DNA of 64,000 nucleotides, taken from IMG/VR virus record IMGVR_UViG_3300032227_001252, one strand, 5' to 3'. The notes under the pieces are model-generated. The model saw nothing but the letters and a program-made list of their open reading frames with translations, was not told the origin of the DNA and did no database searches. The position numbers were made by a program, and so were the translations under genes. This DNA is from an uncultured virus (IMG/VR IMGVR_UViG_3300032227_001252). Lineage: Duplodnaviria > Heunggongvirae > Uroviricota > Caudoviricetes. Shown in pieces: positions 17,907 to 27,082 of this stretch. Every line of letters begins with the position of its first letter. Positions within the stretch are counted from its first letter, which is position 1.

Positions 17907-18147
17907 GGGTGCTCCTGGTCGGGGGGTTGGGCAGAGTGACGGAGATGACGCCGTTGTCGGCTTCGGTAATCGTGCGGAGGCCGAAGCGGTCGGCGAGGTC
18001 CTTGAAGTAGTCGGGGGAAGCCTGCTTCGCGGGCCCGAGTCTGTACTCGAGCCACTTGTGGACGAGCATGCCTTTGATCCACGAACTCGGTCGTGGGAGC
18101 CAGTGCAGGCCCGTAGAGTCGGTGACGAAGTCGACGGTTCGGGGCAT
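17866..18147 (-). CDS. hypothetical protein
   Basis: TGATG overlap with the polymerase stop. Confidence 0.45.
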   Translation of the reverse strand: MPRTVDFVTDSTGLHWLPRPSSWIKGMLVHKWLEYRLGPAKQASPDYFKDLADRFGLRTITEADNGVISVTLPNPPTRSTHERLVPHHRSRSS

Positions 18148-20927
18148 CACCCGACCTCCTTCCACGACAAGCCGATGTCAGCAGCAGCGGTGATGCGGAC
18201 TCCAGGCAGGGCCGGGTGCACCTGATTCATGCACTCGTTGAGATCCTGCATCACCTTCCACGGGATGGAACCCTCGGGCACGTGCCAGAAGGACTCCTCC
18301 TTGCCGGTCTCGGGGTTGTTCTTCTTGCGAAGCTCAGCCCCGTCCGCGGGCACCTCGAGAACGAGTGCGTCGTGGCACTGGTTGATGATCCCCGTGCCGC
18401 GGCCCCACTTGAAGACCGGGACACGCTGAGCGAGTTCGATGATGGCCTTGTTCATCAGGCCCGCGGCTCCCCCCTGGATCTTGAAGTTGACCAGCTCGTT
18501 AGGGTTCTCGCCGTCCAGAAAGTCACGCCTGCGCCCCGTGATGGGTTCCGCCAAGTAGGTCTGACGGCGCCATTCTCCAATCTCACGCTCCCACCCCTGC
18601 GGGAACTCGGGGCAGCCGTCGAGCCAGGCTTGGTGCATCTCTCGCACTTCGCGCAAGCTCAGGTGGAGGTACGGAAGGCTGGTGGTGCCGTCACCGTTGT
18701 CAGTCTCGGTCTGACAGATCACGCGATGCACCGTCTCCACGGTGGCCATGTACTGCGACGCGTACTGAACCCGCTTCGCGAGGTCGCGGAAGGTCTTGGC
18801 CTCTCCGCTCCACTTTCCAGTCCCGTCAGGGATGAACAGGTCGCCGTCCCACTTGCCGCCGGGAAATCCGGTCGCCTTCATGAACCGCTCACCGAAGCAC
18901 GCCAGCGCGGTCGAGGAGTGAGGGTCAGCGTTGGCGTCGAAGGCGCGGAGGTAGCGCTTCGCGCCCCAGAGTGCGGCTGCGATGCGGAGCTCGAGCTGGT
19001 CAGCGTCGGCCCCGATCAGGACGTTGCCAGGCGCCGCGGTCACCATCGCGCGAAGACCCTTCGGGAAGTTCTGCGCATTGATGGGCTTCGAGCTGGACAA
19101 ACGCCCGGTCACGGCGACGTGAGCGTTGTACCCAGGGTGCATCCGCCCCGTACGAGGGTCAACGATGCCCGTGCGGTCGATCCCGTACTTCTTGCGAAGT
19201 TCGGCGTCCTCGAAATCTTCGTCATCGTCCCAGCCCAGTTCCGCCTGCATGGTGGAGGGACGGAGCTTCACGACGTAGGTTCCGAGGAGCTTCTGCGCCT
19301 TGCGGTAGCGCCTGAGCTTCAGGACGAAGTTGCGCTGCTCTTCCGAGAGGTGTTGCAGCGTCAAGAGGGAGCGCAGGACGTCGTCGGACGTCGCGGGGTC
19401 TCCGCTCGCGGTGTAGCGGTCGCGCTCGTCCAGGGGCGAGACGAGACCCCACTGGTCGAACAGGATCTTGCGGATCTGATGCGGGCTGCCAGGGTTGAAG
19501 TCCGCCGTCGGAGCTGACACGCGGAGGTCTTCCAGCCGCTTGCCTACCTCCGTGATGTACTTCTTCTCGAAGTAAAGCCGCTTCTCCTGGTCGACCCACA
19601 TCCCGACCATGTGCATCTCGGCGCAGATCCGCTGAACCTCGTGATCCATGCCGACGAGGTCCATCTGACCGCGCGTCTTCACGGAGTCGAACAGCGGAGG
19701 AACGACCCGAGAGGTCACCGCGACGTCCATCCCGCAGTACTCGTGCAGTTGCTCGTCGGACTCGGCGTCAAACGCCAACTTTCGACCCTCACGGTCCGTC
19801 TTCCAGGAGGGAGCGTCCGTGTAGAGGGAGCCGACGAAGCCGAGGCCGTGGGGCAGTTCGCTCTCCACGAGACGATGCAGCATGATGGTGTCGAGGGCAG
19901 GCGTAGGCCAGATGCCCCACTGAGCCTGCAGGCAGTTGGAGTCGTAGCTCCCGCTGTTGTGCCCGACCTTCATCTTCATCGGGTCGACGAAGAAGCGCTT
20001 CATCACGTCGATGACGCGGCGCTCTTCCGCCTCCGTGTAGAACCTGCTGATGCCGTCCTTGCTCAACAGCCCTACGAGCGCCACCTGGCCGTCGTGCGCG
20101 CCGATGCCGACACAGCGGATCTTCGCCGTCAGCGGTTCGATGCCGTCGGTCTCGAGGTCGTACGTCCAGTAGGGGACGTCAGGTCGGTTCAGGAACGCTT
20201 CGAGCCACTCTGCCGTGGGGTGGTAGGTGATGTTCGGCGTGACCCAGTTCAGCCCGCCACGGAACCACCGCTGCGCGCGGTGCAGGTCGTTGCGGAGGAC
20301 GTGAGACCACCGCGGTGCACGCAGCACGAACGAGGGGTGGAGCGTGGGTAGCACCCGACGAGCAGGCAGCCCCTTGGTCGGCTCGAGCTCGGCCATGCCC
20401 CCGCGGAGCCCGAGAATGTTCATCGTCGTGTTCATGATCACCTTGGCCGCAGTCCCGCCCAGGGTGATGAAGTTCGTGAACCGCTGCACCTCGTTCTTGA
20501 GGCGCGGGCTGCAGCACTCGATCGGAGTGGGCACGAGCGGTTCGTACTCTGGCTCCTCCAGCCACGGCTGATGCCGCGCGAGGACCTCGTACTGTTTCTT
20601 CTTCTGCTGGTTGCGCTTCGTGCGCTCCTTGTTCTCTGAGGAGACCTTCGCCAGCAGGTTGTCCAGCTCGTTCTTCGGCGGCTGGCATAGCATCACGTTC
20701 GTCAGGTGGAGATCGCGGCGCTGCAGACGGGCGGTGTTGAGCGCCCGCTGCAGTTCCTGACCTCCGGCACCGACGAAAGGCCGCCCTTCGCGGACTTCAT
20801 CCGCGCCGGGGGCCTCGCCGACCATACAGATGGTGGCCCCCGGATTGGACTCAGCAGGCACGGGTACGTTCCCCTTGAGGGGACACATGTCGCACTGGGC
20901 ACCGAACTTCCGGGGGTCGTAGCTCAC
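18147..20927 (-). CDS. family A DNA polymerase with N-terminal family-4 uracil-DNA glycosylase domain and 3'-5' exonuclease
   Basis: UDG: CDMCPL, VGEAPG, PFVG, LHPSF; exonuclease: YDLETDG, GHNSGSYD, YCGMD; polymerase: TGRLSS, DADQLELR, RDLAKRVQYASQY, NFKIQG, QCHDAL. Confidence 0.92.
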   Translation of the reverse strand: MSYDPRKFGAQCDMCPLKGNVPVPAESNPGATICMVGEAPGADEVREGRPFVGAGGQELQRALNTARLQRRDLHLTNVMLCQPPKNELDNLLAKVSSENKERTKRNQQKKKQYEVLARHQPWLEEPEYEPLVPTPIECCSPRLKNEVQRFTNFITLGGTAAKVIMNTTMNILGLRGGMAELEPTKGLPARRVLPTLHPSFVLRAPRWSHVLRNDLHRAQRWFRGGLNWVTPNITYHPTAEWLEAFLNRPDVPYWTYDLETDGIEPLTAKIRCVGIGAHDGQVALVGLLSKDGISRFYTEAEERRVIDVMKRFFVDPMKMKVGHNSGSYDSNCLQAQWGIWPTPALDTIMLHRLVESELPHGLGFVGSLYTDAPSWKTDREGRKLAFDAESDEQLHEYCGMDVAVTSRVVPPLFDSVKTRGQMDLVGMDHEVQRICAEMHMVGMWVDQEKRLYFEKKYITEVGKRLEDLRVSAPTADFNPGSPHQIRKILFDQWGLVSPLDERDRYTASGDPATSDDVLRSLLTLQHLSEEQRNFVLKLRRYRKAQKLLGTYVVKLRPSTMQAELGWDDDEDFEDAELRKKYGIDRTGIVDPRTGRMHPGYNAHVAVTGRLSSSKPINAQNFPKGLRAMVTAAPGNVLIGADADQLELRIAAALWGAKRYLRAFDANADPHSSTALACFGERFMKATGFPGGKWDGDLFIPDGTGKWSGEAKTFRDLAKRVQYASQYMATVETVHRVICQTETDNGDGTTSLPYLHLSLREVREMHQAWLDGCPEFPQGWEREIGEWRRQTYLAEPITGRRRDFLDGENPNELVNFKIQGGAAGLMNKAIIELAQRVPVFKWGRGTGIINQCHDALVLEVPADGAELRKKNNPETGKEESFWHVPEGSIPWKVMQDLNECMNQVHPALPGVRITAAADIGLSWKEVG

Positions 20928-21322
20928 GCCTGCTTCTCCTTGCTGGCCTGCTTCTCTTCGTCAATCAGGTCTTCCATGCGCACGCGGTCGCGCAGGGAAG
21001 TCAGGTCGGGCATCTCCGCCAGGTACGGCGCCGCTTCGGCAGGGGCCGCGAGCGGCTCTTCGATCGTCTTGGGATCCGTCGGCACCGGCTCCTTCCACTC
21101 TGCGCCCGCAGCGACGCGGGCCGTCTGCAGGATGCGGGCCAGGATGAGGGTGGGGACGGTCACGGGGACGTGATCAGCGATGCCAGAGGAGAGGCCTTCC
21201 TCGAGCTGCTGACAGACCGCGTGGAACTCCGCGGGGTTGAGGGGAGCGTAGTCAGCCAGCTTCTTCGCACCGACCATGTGCGCGGAGGTGAGCGGGCGAC
21301 CGTCGGGAGCGAAGATCGGCAT
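20924..21322 (-). CDS. hypothetical protein
   Basis: AGGAG RBS before ATG 21322; coupled to the polymerase start. Confidence 0.55.
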   Translation of the reverse strand: MPIFAPDGRPLTSAHMVGAKKLADYAPLNPAEFHAVCQQLEEGLSSGIADHVPVTVPTLILARILQTARVAAGAEWKEPVPTDPKTIEEPLAAPAEAAPYLAEMPDLTSLRDRVRMEDLIDEEKQASKEKQA

Positions 21323-21341
21323 TCGGGTACTCCTGAAATGA

Positions 21342-21367
21342 GAACGGGGACCCGAAGGCCCCCGTTC
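21342..21367 (-). terminator. GC-rich hairpin, possible terminator after the SSB-like gene
   Basis: GAACGGGG-GCCTTCGGGT-CCCCGTTC followed by TCATTTC on the minus strand. Confidence 0.45.
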
Positions 21368-21448
21368 GGGTGAGGTGCCGTCTCTCCGGCTGTCACGCCA
21401 CGTCTTTACTAGACACGGGTCGGCGTTCACCCCTGCCGGCCTGTCAGA

Positions 21449-22099
21449 TCAGCGACGGGCGCCGAGGGCGCTCATGAGCGCGGAGGCGTCGACACCGCCG
21501 AGGCCGTTGGTCGGGGCCTGGACGCTGACCGCGGGGGTGGAGGCGAGACCGCCACCGAGAGCCGCGGAGAGAGCCGAGCCGACCGCCTGCTGGGCGCCCA
21601 CGGGGGCGACCGTGGTGGTGCCGTTGATGCCACCGTTGGTGGAGGCCTTCGCGAACGCGGTGGCCTTCATCGTCCAGTCCGTCGGGGGGAGGAAGTTGAC
21701 TTCCTCGTAGATCCCCGCGTCCTTGTCGCCGGGCACGTAGTGGAAGTGCACGGTCTTGTTGACGAGCAGCTCGCGGTTCATGCCCACCTCACCGGCGTCG
21801 ATCTGGGCCGGCGTGTAGCCGGCGCTCTCGAGGAGGCCGCGCCAGTAGTAGCGCACGTTGTCGGTCGGGGACTTGGGGAAGTTGAGACCGGTCGTGCGCA
21901 CCGTGCCGATGAACTCGCCCTCGGAGAGCGTCACCTTGAAGATGACGCGGTTCGGCTTGTCGTTGTTGACGTACGCGTCGGTGAGGGTGGCCTTGTAGTA
22001 GCCCTCGGGGAGGACCTTGGCGGCGCCGGTGGGGGCGCGGAGGCCGGCGAGATTGACGCTGAAGCCCCAGTTGGGGTTGCTGTTGTTGTTCTGGTCCAT
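21449..22099 (-). CDS. putative single-stranded DNA-binding protein (DUF669-like)
   Basis: VLPEGYYKATLTDA OB-fold-like start; low-complexity tail; next to a Sak4-like ATPase, as is typical. Confidence 0.6.
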   Translation of the reverse strand: MDQNNNSNPNWGFSVNLAGLRAPTGAAKVLPEGYYKATLTDAYVNNDKPNRVIFKVTLSEGEFIGTVRTTGLNFPKSPTDNVRYYWRGLLESAGYTPAQIDAGEVGMNRELLVNKTVHFHYVPGDKDAGIYEEVNFLPPTDWTMKATAFAKASTNGGINGTTTVAPVGAQQAVGSALSAALGGGLASTPAVSVQAPTNGLGGVDASALMSALGARR

Positions 22100-22208
22100 G
22101 GGGACAGGCTCCTTGATCATTGGGCAGTTGAGGCAGCGACACTTCACTCGTAGGCAGTCGGGGAGTCGCCTTCACCCGTGACAGGTCTTTCAACCTGAAA
22201 GCGTGGAA

Positions 22209-23138
22209 TCAGTGGAGGAACTGGGCGTCCTTGATGGCGCGGGCGCGGCGGATGACCGCGCGATCCAGAGCGTCTCGAAGCGTCCAGCGTGCGTGCTGGG
22301 GACGGACGCCGTTCTTGATGAGGTCGGCGTAGACACCGTTGGCGATGTCCTTGTCGCGTGCAGCACCTTCCGTGATCATCTGCATCGCGACCTTCTCTAC
22401 GACCTCTTCCTGCCAGCCCAAGTCCGGGTGACGGGACACTACGTAGTCGGCAGCGCGGATCAGCTCAGCCATGTTCATGGGCGCCGGGTGGCACACGCTG
22501 GCGATGTTGAGGCGATCCTTCATGATGTAGTTGGCATCGGCGACGCACTGGTAGATGCCCGGCCAAGGCTTCCGCATCGGGTCGAGACCACAACGGAGCA
22601 CCATGTCGAACATCGCGGGCACCTGCTCGGGCAGGTTGCCGCTCAGCATGGGGCCGCCCTTGACTCGGGCACCGCCCGGCTTGTCCTTGGGCGGCTGCTC
22701 CCAGGCGTTCATCACAATGTGGACTTTGGCGAAGCGAGCCGCGTTGCGGAAGTCGATGACGGCATCGCGAAGCTCGCCCCAAAGACGGAAGCCGTTGAAC
22801 TTCTTCTCGAGCTGGGCGAACGTCTGCTCGGCCAGGTAGGAGAAGTCATCGACAACCACCGCGTCGATCTTCGTGTCCGAGCCCTTGGCCTTGTACTGGC
22901 CGATGGTCGACACGAGTTTCGTGACGTCGGGGATGGTGGACGCGTTCTCAACGAGCGGCTCGTACCCCGCTACGTTGCGAACGGACTGCAGCGCACCGGG
23001 CGCTGCGATGAAGAGGGCATTTGGGAAGGAGAGGCCGCTGTCCGTCGTCTTGCCAATGCCAGAGGGGCCATAGGTCAACGCGAGGACAGGATCACGGGAG
23101 AAGAGGTCCCGCATCGGCTCCCGGGCAGGGGAGGTCAT
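22209..23138 (-). CDS. AAA_24 / Sak4-like P-loop ATPase (recombination)
   Basis: TYGPSGIGKTT, VVVDDFS, GPMLSG, MFDMV, MKDR. Confidence 0.75.
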   Translation of the reverse strand: MTSPAREPMRDLFSRDPVLALTYGPSGIGKTTDSGLSFPNALFIAAPGALQSVRNVAGYEPLVENASTIPDVTKLVSTIGQYKAKGSDTKIDAVVVDDFSYLAEQTFAQLEKKFNGFRLWGELRDAVIDFRNAARFAKVHIVMNAWEQPPKDKPGGARVKGGPMLSGNLPEQVPAMFDMVLRCGLDPMRKPWPGIYQCVADANYIMKDRLNIASVCHPAPMNMAELIRAADYVVSRHPDLGWQEEVVEKVAMQMITEGAARDKDIANGVYADLIKNGVRPQHARWTLRDALDRAVIRRARAIKDAQFLH

Positions 23139-23174
23139 GAAGTGCTCCTGACGCTTCTTGATTTAGCGGCTTGA

Positions 23175-23188
23175 TTGACGACCGTCAA
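23175..23188. promoter_or_regulatory. palindromic operator TTGAC-N4-GTCAA overlapping a -35 box
   Basis: TTGACGACCGTCAA; minus strand TTGACG-N17-TAAATC upstream of the Sak4-like gene. Confidence 0.7.
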
Positions 23189-23218
23189 GCCCGTCCATGC
23201 AGTCCCGAAGATTTTTCT

Positions 23219-24151
23219 TCAGGCGGCTCCGAGCCTCGTGGGCTCTCCAGCCAGGACGTCCGCGAGTAGCCAAACCGGGACAAGGTCCGGGTTCAATCCC
23301 TTGCGGTTCAAGTCCCGCAGGGCGGCGGCGGAAGAGTCATACGACCCGAAGTACGAGACGTCAACCCGTCCCCGCACTCGCTTGAGGCGGAAAACACGGA
23401 CGTTGCCGCCCTCCACCTGGATGACGTAGCCCATCGAGAGGCCCGTCCAGTCCATGCCCGAGAAGCGCTCCGCCAGGCCTGCAGGCGCTTCCTCGTTGGT
23501 GCTTGGCCTTTCAGGATCAGGTCGATGTCCAGACTCGGGCGGTTGGACAGGTGCTCGAGCCGTAGCCCGCGGCGGCGCGTCGGGCGGCACCGCCATCTCG
23601 AGCGCATCCTCGAGATCGGGGAACGAGAACTGCCGAACTGAGACTCCTGGCACGAGCACCCACACGAGGATGTCTCGCAGGGAGCCCTGAAACCGCGGAC
23701 CGATGAGACTGCGAAGCGTGCGAACGGCCGCGAGCGGCGAGAGGTTGCCCCGCAGGAACTGGCCGTAGAGGAAGAGCGTGTACTCTCCGCCACCCGCGTA
23801 CTCGAGCACGACGGACTTCTTGTAGTTGGGGATGGAGGTCTCGCGACCTCCGATCGGCATGTCGCTGCCGCGCGTCGCCGCGGAGAAGTCCACGCCCTCC
23901 GCTGCCGCTTCGTATGCCTGAACTTCTGCTACGAGCGAAGCGAGAGTACCGGCGCTCGCCAGAGCATCGAGCAGCTCCCTGGCAGAGATCACCTGCTTTG
24001 CAACCGTGTCGTCCCCGCTGAAGCGGTCAGGATGGACTGCCTGAATCCGCTTGCGGAATGCCGATTTTATCGCCGCTGCATCGGGCGTAGGGCTGATCTC
24101 GAGAGCTGCGAAGGCTTCCGAGGCGGAGCGGACTTGATGTGGCGTGAACAC
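23219..24151 (-). CDS. J-domain (DnaJ-like) protein
   Basis: AFAALEI...IKSAFRKRIQAVHPDR with HPD motif. Confidence 0.75.
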   Translation of the reverse strand: MFTPHQVRSASEAFAALEISPTPDAAAIKSAFRKRIQAVHPDRFSGDDTVAKQVISARELLDALASAGTLASLVAEVQAYEAAAEGVDFSAATRGSDMPIGGRETSIPNYKKSVVLEYAGGGEYTLFLYGQFLRGNLSPLAAVRTLRSLIGPRFQGSLRDILVWVLVPGVSVRQFSFPDLEDALEMAVPPDAPPRATARAPVQPPESGHRPDPERPSTNEEAPAGLAERFSGMDWTGLSMGYVIQVEGGNVRVFRLKRVRGRVDVSYFGSYDSSAAALRDLNRKGLNPDLVPVWLLADVLAGEPTRLGAA

Positions 24152-24169
24152 CCGAGATGTATAGCGCGA

Positions 24170-25057
24170 CTACGGCTCGACGGGGCCCCACTTGCACTTC
24201 TCGATGTGCTTGCAGGCGCCATAGCGGCCGTAGCACGTCATCTCGTTCATCGAAGTCGGCCACTCCGAGTACGGACGTCCGCTCTCATCCAGCTCCTGAA
24301 TACGCTTCTCAGCGTCCATCACCGTCTGGGGGAAGCGTGAGTACAGATGCGGAGCCTGCAGCAGTTGAGGCCGCTCGTAGCGGAAGTCCCCGTTCCCGTG
24401 CTGGATGAGGTTGATCTTCAGGCCGCCGAAGCGATCTCCGTACACACCGCGGACAAGCCAGCGGTAGCCGATGAGCTGACCAGAGATCGAGTAGAACTCG
24501 CGCTGCTTCGCTTCCATGCGGCCCGTCGACTTGTGGTCGAATGCCCAGACTACGCCGCGCGTGTCCTCAACCACGAGGTCCAGGCGTCCAGTGAACAGGT
24601 GGCCTCCGATGCGTGCCTCGAAGAGCTCCTCCACGTGAAGCACCTTGTACTTGTCGGTCGGGGCGTACTTCTCGATGTAGCCCTTCACGCAGTCGATGAT
24701 CTCCTCGCAGTGCGCCTCGTAGTGAGGCCCGTTGGCTGCGCAGAACACCTTGAGCGCGTCCGTGGGCGGGAGGTACAGCTCAGGGTCGCGACCGTTCTGT
24801 GACTCACGGAGCCTGGCATAGTAGTGCGCGAGTCCGAGGTGGATGAGCGTGCCGCGGATCAGAGCCGGGCTGTTGCTCTTCTGCTCCTCGTCCTGCTTGA
24901 GCTTCTCCGAGAGGAGAGCGATGCGGCGGGGGTCATCGAACCCCTCCTTCCCGTACCGGTACTCCCACGCGAACTTCTGCGGGCACTCGAGAACGGTCTG
25001 GAGACGGTGCCAGCCGCGGGGGCTGGGGCCTGTAAACAGGATGCGGGGGTTCGCCAT
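24170..25057 (-). CDS. PD-(D/E)XK (Cas4/RecB-like) exonuclease
   Basis: ECPQKF, RGTLIH, GRLDLV, DHKST, QLIGY and C-terminal Cys cluster. Confidence 0.8.
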   Translation of the reverse strand: MANPRILFTGPSPRGWHRLQTVLECPQKFAWEYRYGKEGFDDPRRIALLSEKLKQDEEQKSNSPALIRGTLIHLGLAHYYARLRESQNGRDPELYLPPTDALKVFCAANGPHYEAHCEEIIDCVKGYIEKYAPTDKYKVLHVEELFEARIGGHLFTGRLDLVVEDTRGVVWAFDHKSTGRMEAKQREFYSISGQLIGYRWLVRGVYGDRFGGLKINLIQHGNGDFRYERPQLLQAPHLYSRFPQTVMDAEKRIQELDESGRPYSEWPTSMNEMTCYGRYGACKHIEKCKWGPVEP

Positions 25058-25092
25058 TGCCCGGTCGTAACCGACAGATGGCGAACGCGCCC

Positions 25093-25407
25093 CTACTCCC
25101 AGAGTGGTTCTTTCAGCCCGTACTGCTCGGCTTGGCCGACGAGCCAGGTTCGGTAGGCCTTGCCCATCACGTAGACCTGCGCGGCCCGCAGTTCGAGCAC
25201 AGAGAACTCCTGCGGCGGAGTGCCCTTTTCAGGGCCTTCCAGCGTGAGCACGGTGATGCGGCCCGCTTCGAGTTTGACGTCGACGAGGGCTTCACCGTCA
25301 GAAGCCTGTAGATGCCCAGACGCCTCGGGGTGAGAGACCATCTGCATGGCGAGTCTCACGACGATGACGTCGGGCAGGTACACAGAGGTGGCGGCTTCAG
25401 ATCGCAA
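25093..25407 (-). CDS. hypothetical protein
   Basis: ORF filling the gap between coupled genes; start uncertain. Confidence 0.45.
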   Translation of the reverse strand: MRSEAATSVYLPDVIVVRLAMQMVSHPEASGHLQASDGEALVDVKLEAGRITVLTLEGPEKGTPPQEFSVLELRAAQVYVMGKAYRTWLVGQAEQYGLKEPLWE

Positions 25408-26581
25408 GGTCTCCTTCCACGATCTCGATACGCTTGAAAGATACGCCCGCTTCCGTGATCGTCAACGCCTTGATGTTGTGGACCGCCATGTGTTCACGCA
25501 TGAGCGCCAGCAGGTCCTTGAAGTCCGCGTTCGGCCACTTCTCGGAGGTCACGACGACGGGGACAACCGGCGTGGGGGCAGGAGCCGGCGCTGCAACGGG
25601 CAGCGGGGCAGCAACGACGGGAGCCGGAGCCGCCACAGGGGCGGGCGCGGGAGCGACTGCAGGAGTCTGGGTCTTGAAGGCGTTGTCAGCGGCCTTGTAG
25701 ACGGCCTGCGGCGCGGGGTAGACCTCAATCTTCGCCATCTTCATGGTCGTGGCGAAGACCGAGGTGTTGACGGTCACGACTCGCATCCCGCCCTTGCGGG
25801 TGATGTTGATGCCGAGGCTCTTCCGAGCGTAGGACGCCCGCTCCGGGTCGAACTTCGCCCCCGTGAACAGGGGCAGGTTCTCCAAGTCACGCCACAGAGC
25901 GACGTTGTCGGAGTCCGGGTTGAACGCCAGGGCGCGCAGGTACTCACGCTGCTTGGGGTTCGTGATGGAGAGGTGGACGTTGTCGGTCGAGGGCATGGGC
26001 GTGTTCTCCGGCAGTGCGATTTCGGTGGTGATGGAGGGGATGAGGGGCACGGTGGTGTTGTCCATGGGCAGCTCAACAAGGCCAGTCGCGTCGTTGTAGA
26101 CAGCGACCAGTTCGCTTGCCTTCTGCACGTCTCCCGTGAAGGCGACAGCAAGCGCGTGGAGCTCTTCTTCGTTGGGCCCGTTGTTCATCTGCTGACTCGA
26201 GCGCGTGCGACGGATCTCCTCGACGATCTCGGGGACAGACTTCAGCGGGTCCAGCAGAGGGAACCCGCCCTGGGTGAGGCGCACGATGCTCTCAGCCCAC
26301 TTGCGAGTGCCGTTGACGTAGGGAATCCCGGTGTCGCGTGCCCAGTCCATACAGGGCACGGAGAGGCCGTGCCCGACCATGTCCGTGCAGATGTACACGA
26401 GGTCGATCCCGTGTGGGAAGACTTGTGGAGGTCGCTTCTTGTCCCATGACCAGTGGGTATGTATGCGGACGCCGTGCCGGGCGAGGCTTTTGGACAGCTT
26501 CTCTTTGACGAAGCCGTGTTGCCCACCGACTACGAGCGCTTGCTTCAGGGATTGATCTTGCTCTTCTGGGCGAGTAGCCAT
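25397..26581 (-). CDS. hypothetical protein with DUF2325-like N-terminal domain
   Basis: LVVGG...IDLVYICTDMVGH...ARDTGIPY resembles DUF2325; Pro/Ala linker. Confidence 0.55.
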   Translation of the reverse strand: MATRPEEQDQSLKQALVVGGQHGFVKEKLSKSLARHGVRIHTHWSWDKKRPPQVFPHGIDLVYICTDMVGHGLSVPCMDWARDTGIPYVNGTRKWAESIVRLTQGGFPLLDPLKSVPEIVEEIRRTRSSQQMNNGPNEEELHALAVAFTGDVQKASELVAVYNDATGLVELPMDNTTVPLIPSITTEIALPENTPMPSTDNVHLSITNPKQREYLRALAFNPDSDNVALWRDLENLPLFTGAKFDPERASYARKSLGINITRKGGMRVVTVNTSVFATTMKMAKIEVYPAPQAVYKAADNAFKTQTPAVAPAPAPVAAPAPVVAAPLPVAAPAPAPTPVVPVVVTSEKWPNADFKDLLALMREHMAVHNIKALTITEAGVSFKRIEIVEGDLAI

Positions 26582-27081
26582 TGAGTCACCTCTGTCGCGA
26601 GTGCGAGGTTGTTGGGGTTCTTGTCGGGATGGCAGAGCAGAAGGAGTTTGCGAAGAAGAGGGAGGTCGAGCGCCTGGGCGTGCCCCGCTGCAGGAGACTT
26701 CATGGAGATTTCGTGCCTCAAACGCGCGACCTCCCCCTCCAGTTCGTCAATCTTGGCCTTCAGTTTCTGCCGGTGCTTCTGAAGCCGCTCTACGCGAGCC
26801 TCCGCCGCCATGCCCTTGGCGACAAGGTCTTCGATCTCCTCGCGGAGCCGCTCCACGTCGCCGTCGGGTGCCCGTGCGGGGTTCGGCTTGACGGCTCGGA
26901 GCCGCGCGACTTCTTCCTGAAGACATGCGAACGCGAGGTCGCCCTTGAGTAGCTTGTAGCCCTTCGACTCCTTGAAGCAGATGGGGCAGTTCTCCATCCA
27001 CGCCTCCTCCTGACCAAACGGCTTGCCGCAGGTCATGCAGTTGGCGATGAGCCACTCCTTGACGGCCTCACGCTCGCTCAT
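26545..27081 (-). CDS. zinc finger + coiled coil + truncated J-domain protein
   Basis: CMTC/CPIC; heptads; LRKLLLLCHPDKN. Confidence 0.65.
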   Translation of the reverse strand: MSEREAVKEWLIANCMTCGKPFGQEEAWMENCPICFKESKGYKLLKGDLAFACLQEEVARLRAVKPNPARAPDGDVERLREEIEDLVAKGMAAEARVERLQKHRQKLKAKIDELEGEVARLRHEISMKSPAAGHAQALDLPLLRKLLLLCHPDKNPNNLALATEVTQWLLAQKSKINP

Positions 27082-27082
27082 G

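Noticed and set aside
24170..25057. Cas4-like nuclease as evidence of CRISPR-Cas
   Set aside because: Stand-alone PD-(D/E)XK exonuclease in a normal phage recombination context with Sak4-like and SSB-like genes
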